A DNA stretch of 64,000 nt from an archaeon (GTDB lineage Archaea > Thermoproteota > Nitrososphaeria > Nitrososphaerales > Gagatemarchaeaceae). A program made the position numbers and the translations under genes. Shown piece after piece: positions 56,896 to 64,000 of this stretch. The notes below the pieces were generated by a model, which saw nothing but the letters and a program-made list of their open reading frames with translations, had not been told where the DNA came from and searched no databases. Within the stretch, counting starts at the first letter, position 1. The number at the start of each line of letters is the position of its first letter. The stretch spans positions 696 through 64,695 of the forward strand of contig JAJYWC010000005.1 in NCBI GenBank assembly GCA_021791695.1, given 5' to 3'.

Positions 56896-57900
56896 TCAGT
56901 CCAGCTCGACCGGCCTGCCGTCGGCCATCGAACTCTCGCACGCCCGCGCCACCCGCAGGGCCTCCCGCGACTCCTCCGGTCTGATTATCTCTGGCTGCTT
57001 TCCCGAGGCGACGCAGCGAGCAAAGTATTCTATCTCCTGCCTCAGCGTCCCGCCGAGCTCGCCCCGTACGACGGGGATGAGCGTGGTGTCGGGCGTCCTG
57101 TACCCTTTGTCGTCCGAGACGAAGAGGCCCTGCTCGGACATGTCGATGATGGTGAAGCTCTTCTCCCCCAGCACCTCCATACGCGCGCCCACGAACGCGG
57201 GCACGCTGTCCGGCAGCGAGAACGAGTTGTAGACGACGGCGAACGACCCGTCCTCGAACTCCAGCGTCGAGGTCGTGTTGTCAGGATGCTTGAAGTCGAG
57301 GATCCTCGAGGACCTGCAGTACGCGCGCCTCACCTTCGACCTCTTGTACCAGAGTATGATGTCGATGTCGTGTATCCCCAGCTGCATTACTGGGGTCGAC
57401 CGACTCAAGAAGGTCGGGGCCTGCGCCCTGTTGACGGACCTCCTTGCAAAGATCGAGGCTATCTTCCCAAAACCCCCCGATTCGATGGACTCCTTCACCA
57501 TGGCGTACCTCGTGTCCCAGCGGAGGATGTGCCCCACCATCAGGATGGTCTTGTTCGTCTCGGACGCCCGGATCATAGCGTCCGCGTCTTCCAGGTTCGT
57601 CGCCATCGGCTTCTCGACGAGTACGTGGATGCCCTTCGACGAGGCCTGCACGACCGGCTCCCGGTGAGCGGGTTCGGGCGTGACGACGTGGACGGCGTCG
57701 AGCCTCTCGTTCGCGAGCATCTCTGAGAAGCTCGTGTAGGACCTGCTCACTCCGTACCTCGCCGCGAGCGCCTTTAGCCGGTCCTGACCCGTGTCGCACA
57801 CCGCCACGACTTCCACTCCAGCAGTCCCCTTCAGGACCTGGAGATGCTTCTCGCCCCACGTGCCCAGGCCGATGACCCCGACCTTGAGTGGCCCGCCCAT
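56896..57900 (-). CDS. Gfo/Idh/MocA oxidoreductase
   Basis: GLGTWG, VEKP, GHILRW, LGIHDID; ATG at 57900. Confidence 0.88.
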   Translation of the reverse strand: MGGPLKVGVIGLGTWGEKHLQVLKGTAGVEVVAVCDTGQDRLKALAARYGVSRSYTSFSEMLANERLDAVHVVTPEPAHREPVVQASSKGIHVLVEKPMATNLEDADAMIRASETNKTILMVGHILRWDTRYAMVKESIESGGFGKIASIFARRSVNRAQAPTFLSRSTPVMQLGIHDIDIILWYKRSKVRRAYCRSSRILDFKHPDNTTSTLEFEDGSFAVVYNSFSLPDSVPAFVGARMEVLGEKSFTIIDMSEQGLFVSDDKGYRTPDTTLIPVVRGELGGTLRQEIEYFARCVASGKQPEIIRPEESREALRVARACESSMADGRPVELD

Positions 57901-58002
57901 ATCCTCGGCCCGGCGGTCCCCGGCTTTTAGTCTATGCGGGTCGGCTCGCGCACCTAGGGGCCACGTTGATATTCCGGACCCGTCACCCGAGCGTGTCGTA
58001 GA

Positions 58003-58725
58003 ATGACTCCTCCCATGGCTTCCTGTCTCTCGTGCGGCTGCCTCGAGAGCTCGTGCCAACCCTGCAGGACGGTCGACTCGTGTGCGAACTGCGCCGCTGG
58101 CTGCTGCTGCCCGTCCGGTCACGCGTCCTGGAGGATGCGGCGGATAGACAGGGCGATATCGCTCGAGTACTTCAGCTCGCTCTGGATGGTCGTCGAGGTC
58201 CTCGGCGCCATGGTGGTCGGCCTCCTCTCGGGCAGCCTCGCGCTGCTCGCCTTTGGCGGGGACAGTGTGGCCGAGCTCATCTCGGCGTTCGTCGTCTTTA
58301 GTCACCTCAGAGAAGACGCGACCGGCTCCAGGGCCCTCGGCAGGCGCGCCGCGCTGGCCACGACCGTCCTCCTCTTCGCGATAATCCCCACGGTGGGACT
58401 CGGCGCCGTATACTCGTACACCTCCGGGCTGAGGCCGTCACCCTCCGTCCTCGGGATAGCCGTGGCGGTCGGAGCGGTCGCGATCATGCCCTACCTCTGG
58501 CTCGAGAAGCGAAAGATAGGCAGAGAGACCAGGTGCCTTCCCCTTTCCATCGACGCCGTGGAATCTGCCACCTGTTTCTTCATGGCAGTGGCCCTTCTGG
58601 GCGGGCTGCTCGCCGAGTACTTCCTCGGTCTCTGGTGGGCCGACTACGTAGCCACTGGCGCCATCCTCGTCTTCGTCGCGAGAGAGGCGGTAGAGGCGTA
58701 CGGCGAGATGAAGGAAGAGCCCTGA
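58003..58725 (+). CDS. Cation-efflux (CDF-like) membrane protein with Cys-rich N-terminus
   Basis: SGSLALLAFGGDS.AE, DAVES..C, WWAD, REA; 10 Cys in the first 36 aa. Confidence 0.8.
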   Translation: MTPPMASCLSCGCLESSCQPCRTVDSCANCAAGCCCPSGHASWRMRRIDRAISLEYFSSLWMVVEVLGAMVVGLLSGSLALLAFGGDSVAELISAFVVFSHLREDATGSRALGRRAALATTVLLFAIIPTVGLGAVYSYTSGLRPSPSVLGIAVAVGAVAIMPYLWLEKRKIGRETRCLPLSIDAVESATCFFMAVALLGGLLAEYFLGLWWADYVATGAILVFVAREAVEAYGEMKEEP

Positions 58726-60459
58726 CTACCAGGTCTCTTTCATGAACCGCCGCACTTCGGCCGGCGGATGGTAGTCTGGGTCTCTCATCTCCGCGGTCAC
58801 CCTCTGCCCGCCCGGTCCAGGGTGCTTCTTCCTCTTGGGGATGTACTTCGGCCGCGAGAATATGCCATCGACCCTGATGACCGTGTTGGCGACCTCTGTC
58901 GCCGTCTTCAGTACCTGCGCCTTGACGGCGTAGACGTCGAGCACTCCGCTTCCCTGCATGTCGGCCAGCTGCAGCCTGGCCGAGTCCACCCCGAACCACC
59001 TTGACCCGTTTGCGTGCTCGGCGCGGATCTTGATCATCGCATCCAGCGGCTTCAGGCCGCAGCTCTGCGCGAGCATCGTGGGTATCGACTCGAGGGCCTC
59101 AGCGTATCTCATCGCGGCAAGCTGCCTCTTTCCGTGCAGGGTGCGCGCCCACGCCTTGAGCCTGTGGGCCAGCTCCGCCTCGAGCGCTCCGCCTCCGGGG
59201 AAGACGGCCTTCTCCCTGGCGGCCCTGTCTACGCTGTTTATCGCGCTCTTGACAGCCAGTCCCGCAGTCTCGACGACGTTCTGCGAGCTGCCCCTGATGA
59301 GTATCGAGACCGCCTTCGGGTCCTTGCACCCTTCAAAGAATATCCAGTTGTCACCCTCCAGGTTCTTGACGTAGATGTGCTCGGCGTAGCCCAGGTCGTC
59401 CTTCGTGATGTTGACTGTCTCGGCGATTATGTTGCCTCCCGTCGCCTTGGCCAGCCTCTTGATGTCGGCGTCGAGCGCCCTCCTGATCGCCAGAATCCCG
59501 AGCCTTCCCAGCCCCACCTGGACGTAGTCGTCGTACGTCTTGGACGAGACTATCACGTTGCAGCCGGTGTCGAGGACGAGCTGGATCTTGTCCATCAGCA
59601 TCTTCCTCTCCTCGTCCTTGAAGGCCTTCATCTGCTCGGGGCTCTTGATCTGGATCTCGGGCTTGAAGAGCGGCGACATGAGGGCCATACGAATCTGGAG
59701 CTCCTCGCCGATGAACGCGATCTTAGCGTCCCTCACGTCGTACGGCATCCAGTACCTGGTGGGCTCTCTCCAGAGTCCTATCCCGTTGATGAGCTTCGAG
59801 TCCCGGAGCGTGCCGCCCGTCTTCTTTATCACGTCTATCTGGTCCGGGTCGACGAAAACCCCCCTGCCGTCGTACGCCTTCACCTTTCCCACAGCGTCTG
59901 CCACCATGGGAGCGAGGAACGCGGCGTCTTCAGGAGGGACCTTCGTCTCGAGGCAGCTCCGGGCGACCTTCAGCACGCTCTCCCTGTCCTCGATGTCAAA
60001 CTCCTGAGCCAGCTCCTTCATGATCTCCAGCGCCTTGTCGCCCGCGAGCGCGTATCCCTCCGCGATCACCGATGGGTGGACCTCGACGCGCATCAGCTGC
60101 TCCGCCCTCCTGAGCAGGGCTCCCGAGAGTACCATGGCGGTGATGGTCCCGTCGCCCACCGAGTAGTGCAGGGCCTTGCCGGCTTCTCGCATCACCTTCG
60201 CCGCAGGGTGTTCTATCTCGAGCCTGTTGAGCGCCTCCCACCCGTCCTTGGTCACCAGGACGGGCGTCACGAAATTGTCCGACTTGTACATCGCCTTGTA
60301 GCGACCCCTCGGCCCCAGCGCAGAACCGATGTAGGAGACAACGATGAGCGCCGCCTCAAGGCCGTTCCTCTGGGTCTTGGCGATCGCTTCAGACTTACCC
60401 GACCTTCTTCTACCGGACGCACTCCCCGACTTTGTAGCGCCGGAACGGACCTTGGGCAT
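58726..60459 (-). CDS. Divergent group II chaperonin (thermosome/TCP-1 family)
   Basis: LGPRG, TKDG, HPAAK, GDGTIT, RLAKATGG, ILIRG, PGGGALE; ATG at 60459. Confidence 0.9.
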   Translation of the reverse strand: MPKVRSGATKSGSASGRRRSGKSEAIAKTQRNGLEAALIVVSYIGSALGPRGRYKAMYKSDNFVTPVLVTKDGWEALNRLEIEHPAAKVMREAGKALHYSVGDGTITAMVLSGALLRRAEQLMRVEVHPSVIAEGYALAGDKALEIMKELAQEFDIEDRESVLKVARSCLETKVPPEDAAFLAPMVADAVGKVKAYDGRGVFVDPDQIDVIKKTGGTLRDSKLINGIGLWREPTRYWMPYDVRDAKIAFIGEELQIRMALMSPLFKPEIQIKSPEQMKAFKDEERKMLMDKIQLVLDTGCNVIVSSKTYDDYVQVGLGRLGILAIRRALDADIKRLAKATGGNIIAETVNITKDDLGYAEHIYVKNLEGDNWIFFEGCKDPKAVSILIRGSSQNVVETAGLAVKSAINSVDRAAREKAVFPGGGALEAELAHRLKAWARTLHGKRQLAAMRYAEALESIPTMLAQSCGLKPLDAMIKIRAEHANGSRWFGVDSARLQLADMQGSGVLDVYAVKAQVLKTATEVANTVIRVDGIFSRPKYIPKRKKHPGPGGQRVTAEMRDPDYHPPAEVRRFMKETW

Positions 60460-60560
60460 CCTTGTTAGCTGCGCCGCTCGGCGGTGGCGGCGATATAAAC
60501 CTAAGCCCGACCGACGGCGCCCGGGCATCGTTTATCAGGCGATCGGCGTGTGGCGCGTCC

Positions 60561-61775
60561 GTGAACCGCGACCCATCCCCGGTCAGGGCAGAGATCCTCA
60601 GGGATATCAGCAGGGAGGAGGTGACCCGGCTAACCTCCGAACTAGTCAAGATACCGACTGTGAACCCTCCCGGCGAAGAGCGACGCATATGCGAGTTCAT
60701 CGCCTCGTGGCTGGAGAAGAGGGGGGTCGCTGCGGAACTGCTAGAGGAGGTCGAGGGCCGGACGAACGTCCAGGCCGTGGTGCAGGGCGAACTCCCCGGG
60801 GGCAGGACGCTGGTGCTGAACGGCCACACGGACGTGGTCCCCGTCGGCAACGGATGGACGAAGGACCCGTTTGGCGGGCGGGTCGAGAAGGGGAGGGTCT
60901 ACGGCAGAGGAGCGGCTGACATGAAGGGGGGAGTAGCCTCCACGATGGTCGCCGCGGCCGCTCTACACAGACACAGAAAGAGCCTGCGGGGCAGGCTGGT
61001 GCTGCAGGCGGTCGCCGACGAGGAGGTGGGAGGGCAGATAGGGACGGGATACCTGGTCCGTCGCGGCCTGAGGGGGGACCTGGCGATCGTGGCCGAACCG
61101 ACGGGCCTGGAGGTCTGCGTCTCCCACAAGGGAGTCGTCAGGTTCGAGGTCACGACACTCGGCAAGTCCGCGCACTCCAGCGTCCCCTGGGAGGGCAGGA
61201 GCGCTGTGCTCGACATGAACGTAATCGTGGACGCGCTCAGGGCCTACGGGGAGAGGCTGGCGAAGGGAAGGAAGCACCCCCTGCTAGGAGCGCCGACGGT
61301 CAACGTGGGCGTGATCCAGGGCGGGGTCGCGGTGAACTTCGTCCCGGACAAGTGCAGGATAGTAGCCGAGAGGCGGGTCGTCCCTCCGGAGACGGTCGAG
61401 GAGGCCTCCCGCCAGGTACAGAAGGTGGTCGAGGACGCCGCGAAGAAGGCGGGCGCTAGGTACGAGATGAGATTCAACAGCAGGTCCAAGACCTCCGACG
61501 CGGGAGGGGAGAAGGCTAAGGTCGGGGTCGTGCTGAAGGCGGCGAGCGAGGTCATCGGAAGGCCTGCGAAGGCGAAGGGGTTCCTGGCGACGTGCGACGC
61601 CAGGTTCCTCAGCAACGACGCCAAGATTCCCTCGCTCGTCTTCGGTCCCGGGAGTCTGCCGAAGGTGCACGCCCCTGACGAGTACGTCGAGACGAAGGAA
61701 CTGGAGCAGGCGGCGAGGGTCTTCGCGCTCTCATTCATGTACCTCCAGCGCGTCCGGCCAGAAAACGAAATATAG
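60561..61775 (+). CDS. M20 metallopeptidase (ArgE/DapE-like amidohydrolase)
   Basis: NGHTDVVP, GRGAADMKGG, ADEE, AEP, AHSS, HAPDE. Confidence 0.92.
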   Translation: MNRDPSPVRAEILRDISREEVTRLTSELVKIPTVNPPGEERRICEFIASWLEKRGVAAELLEEVEGRTNVQAVVQGELPGGRTLVLNGHTDVVPVGNGWTKDPFGGRVEKGRVYGRGAADMKGGVASTMVAAAALHRHRKSLRGRLVLQAVADEEVGGQIGTGYLVRRGLRGDLAIVAEPTGLEVCVSHKGVVRFEVTTLGKSAHSSVPWEGRSAVLDMNVIVDALRAYGERLAKGRKHPLLGAPTVNVGVIQGGVAVNFVPDKCRIVAERRVVPPETVEEASRQVQKVVEDAAKKAGARYEMRFNSRSKTSDAGGEKAKVGVVLKAASEVIGRPAKAKGFLATCDARFLSNDAKIPSLVFGPGSLPKVHAPDEYVETKELEQAARVFALSFMYLQRVRPENEI

Positions 61776-61797
61776 CTAATGGATTCTCCGGCGGTCG

Positions 61798-62838
61798 ATG
61801 CTCGCAGCAAGAATCGTGAAGCCCGGAGTAGGTTTTGAGATTGACGACGTCGAGGTCCCGAAGGTTGGGGCGCAGGATGTCCTGGTCGAGATAAAGGCCG
61901 CAGGCGTCTGTGGCACAGACCTTCACTACAGCAGGGGAGAGTACCTCCCGCCTCTTCCCAGGACGTTCGGTCACGAGGGCGCGGGCGTCGTGAAGGAAGT
62001 AGGCAGCGGCGTCACTGGCGTCAAGGTCGGGGACCGCGTCGCGATACACTACGTCATATCGTGCGGGGTCTGCAAGCACTGCATGATGGGCAACGACAAC
62101 AGGTGCAGGCAGAGGGTCTCTATAGGCCACGATGTCGACGGCTTCTTCGCCGAGTACGTCAGGGTCCCAGCGAGAAACGTCCTGAAGATAGCCGACAACG
62201 TGCCGTTCGAGTGGGCAGCCCTGACGGGCTGTGCCGTATCCACCGCCTATCACGCCGTCACGATATCGGGTCTCAGGCGCGGGGACACCGCGATCGTCTT
62301 CGGTGCCGGCGGCGTGGGGCTCCACGCGGCGATGTGGGCGAGGTACTTCGGGGCGGGCAAGGTCATCTCCGTCGACCTCGTGGACTCCAAGCTCGAGGCC
62401 GCCAGGAAGTACGGCGCAGACGTCACGATAAACCCCTCGAGGCAGGACGTGCTCGAGATAGTCAAGAACGAGACCGACGGATGGGGAGTCGACGCGGCCA
62501 TCGAGTGCTCTGGCTCCCATGCTGCGATGGAGCAGGCCATCAAGGCGGCGAAGGGGAAGAACGCCTACGAGACGGGTTCGATAGTCAGCGTGGGCCTGCA
62601 GCTCAAGCCGTTCGAGGCCAACTTCATGGGGCTCCGTGAGGGGCGTCTGATGGTCTCCGGAGACCACAACCGGAAGGAGCTCGCCGAGATACTCGACCTC
62701 GAGGCATCAGGGCGTGTCGAACTGTCCCAGTCCGTCACCAAGCACATCTCGCTGGGCGGGATCAACGACGCGGTCAACATGCTCGCGACCCACCAGCCGG
62801 GCGTCGAGAGGACCGTCATCGACAGGATGTCCCGCTGA
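61798..62838 (+). CDS. Zn-dependent alcohol dehydrogenase
   Basis: CGTD, GHE, CGVCKHC..C, GCAVST, GAGGVG. Confidence 0.9.
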   Translation: MLAARIVKPGVGFEIDDVEVPKVGAQDVLVEIKAAGVCGTDLHYSRGEYLPPLPRTFGHEGAGVVKEVGSGVTGVKVGDRVAIHYVISCGVCKHCMMGNDNRCRQRVSIGHDVDGFFAEYVRVPARNVLKIADNVPFEWAALTGCAVSTAYHAVTISGLRRGDTAIVFGAGGVGLHAAMWARYFGAGKVISVDLVDSKLEAARKYGADVTINPSRQDVLEIVKNETDGWGVDAAIECSGSHAAMEQAIKAAKGKNAYETGSIVSVGLQLKPFEANFMGLREGRLMVSGDHNRKELAEILDLEASGRVELSQSVTKHISLGGINDAVNMLATHQPGVERTVIDRMSR

Positions 62839-62843
62839 GCCGG

Positions 62844-63845
62844 CTACCTCTTCGTCTTGAAGTAGGGGATTATCTCCTTCCGGAAGACCTCGATGGTCTT
62901 CCGCGGGTCCGGGCTCATGTCAGCGAACACGAAGGCGTCGGTCCCGATCTTCCTGTACCTGTCGATTACCTCTATCATCTCCGCCCCCTTCTCGCAGAGA
63001 TAGTAGTGCTCGTAGATCCAGTCGTCCGGGACGTCCTTCCCGGAGTTCTCTATCGCGCGCGGGTCAGCCTTGGAGAAGTTCTCTATCTTCGCCGCGCCGA
63101 TGTTCCATCTCCTGATGTTGCGGACGGCGCCCTTCAGGTCGACGAGCCCGCCGCCTATCACAGCGACCTTCTCCATCTTCGACCTGTCCTTGTGCGCCTT
63201 CTCGGCTCCCCTCTCGAAGGCCGGGAAGGTCACGTCCCTGCACGCCTCGACCTGGTTCAGAGTGTAGAGGTGGTCTCCGTGGCGCCCGGCTATCTCTGCA
63301 GCCTTCTCCCCTATCGCCGAGAAGTAGACCTGGACCCTAGTCTTCGGCTTGACGTAGAGGAAGGCGTCCTTCATCGGGAAGTACCTGCCCTCGAAGTCGA
63401 AGTACCTCTTCGAGGTCCAGAGCCGCCTCATCAGCTCCAGCCCCTCGACGAGCCTGTCGATCCTCTCGCGCCAGGGGGGCCACCTCCCCATGAAGGGTAT
63501 CTCGTTGACGGCTTCTCCGGAGCCGACGCCGACCCTGAACCTCCCCGGCCACGTGGCGTCCAGCGTCCCCACGGCCTGCGCCACGATCGCAGGGTGGTAT
63601 CTGCCGCCGATTGGCGTGGTCACGCTCGAACAGACCGGGATCCTCCTGGTCCGCTCTGCGGCGGCGGCCATCGCGGTCCAGACGTAGAAAGCGTACTTGA
63701 ACGAATGCTGCCACGGAAGGAAGTGGTCCCCGAACCACGCTCCTTCGAACCCCGCCTTCTCGGCGAGCACTACGTTCTTCATGGTGTAGTCCGGGTCCAT
63801 CCACGAAGAGACCTCGGCCTCGACCCGTATCCTCTGGTTTCTCAA
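62844..63845 (-). CDS. LLM F420-dependent dehydrogenase, FGD/Adf-like (paralogue of 40594)
   Basis: WFGDHFLPWQH, VTTPIGGRYHPA, GSGEAVNE. Confidence 0.85.
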   Translation of the reverse strand: MRNQRIRVEAEVSSWMDPDYTMKNVVLAEKAGFEGAWFGDHFLPWQHSFKYAFYVWTAMAAAAERTRRIPVCSSVTTPIGGRYHPAIVAQAVGTLDATWPGRFRVGVGSGEAVNEIPFMGRWPPWRERIDRLVEGLELMRRLWTSKRYFDFEGRYFPMKDAFLYVKPKTRVQVYFSAIGEKAAEIAGRHGDHLYTLNQVEACRDVTFPAFERGAEKAHKDRSKMEKVAVIGGGLVDLKGAVRNIRRWNIGAAKIENFSKADPRAIENSGKDVPDDWIYEHYYLCEKGAEMIEVIDRYRKIGTDAFVFADMSPDPRKTIEVFRKEIIPYFKTKR

Positions 63846-63901
63846 CTAGGTCCTCGGGAGCCTTTCGGTCCCTTCAGGTCATTTAAGGGACGCGGTCCGG
63901 G

Positions 63902-64000
63902 TCAGCCGACGAGCAGGATGTAGAGCCCGACCGCCGCGATGACAGCGCCCACCAGCGCGTCGTTGTACTTCGGGGGTATCCTCTCGAACATCCTGGCGAG
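63902..64000 (-). CDS. 3' end of a membrane protein entering from the right edge
   Basis: Manual translation LARMFERIPPKYNDALVGAVIAAVGLYILLVG*. Confidence 0.55.
   Translation of the reverse strand, partial: LARMFERIPPKYNDALVGAVIAAVGLYILLVG

Noticed and set aside
1..64000. Genome-wide TGA reassignment
   Set aside because: Many genes end at TGA at their expected lengths (e.g. 2867, 6804, 24020, 29640).

Overview
Archaeal chromosomal segment, as judged from a group II chaperonin, archaeal-type glycogen synthase, PGI/PMI and GAPN, class III signal peptides, TATA boxes about 20-30 nt before start codons and frequent TTG/GTG starts. A heterotrophic, possibly acidophilic Nitrososphaerota-like host is plausible but is inference. 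There are two compositional blocks. (1) About 1-14.2 kb, lower GC: a glycogen synthesis/turnover plus non-phosphorylative Entner-Doudoroff cluster (GH15 glucoamylase, KDG aldolase, glucose dehydrogenase, a sugar nucleotidyltransferase sharing a small DUF5752-like domain with its neighbour, GlgA, bacterial-type GlgB, PGI/PMI), an orphan GltD/NfnB-like gene, and a GH12 gene split by two in-frame TGA codons that both fall on expected Gly positions. (2) About 14.3-64 kb, higher GC: a 5'-truncated clan GH-A glycosidase, then a dense catabolic region with no recognisable regulator. It holds 6 Zn-dehydrogenases, 5 Gfo/Idh/MocA enzymes (IolG-like and levoglucosan-dehydrogenase-like), 3 luciferase-like/F420 enzymes, DegT, SelA-like and DSD1 PLP enzymes, IolD- and IolE-like enzymes, a dimethylformamidase large subunit, an atypical GH20-like protein, a sugar ABC transporter with two MalG paralogues sharing a perfect 144-bp block, a Cys-rich cation transporter and a chaperonin paralogue apparently lacking a catalytic Asp. 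No rRNA, tRNA, CRISPR or transposase was seen. All family calls come from motif recognition, not database searches.
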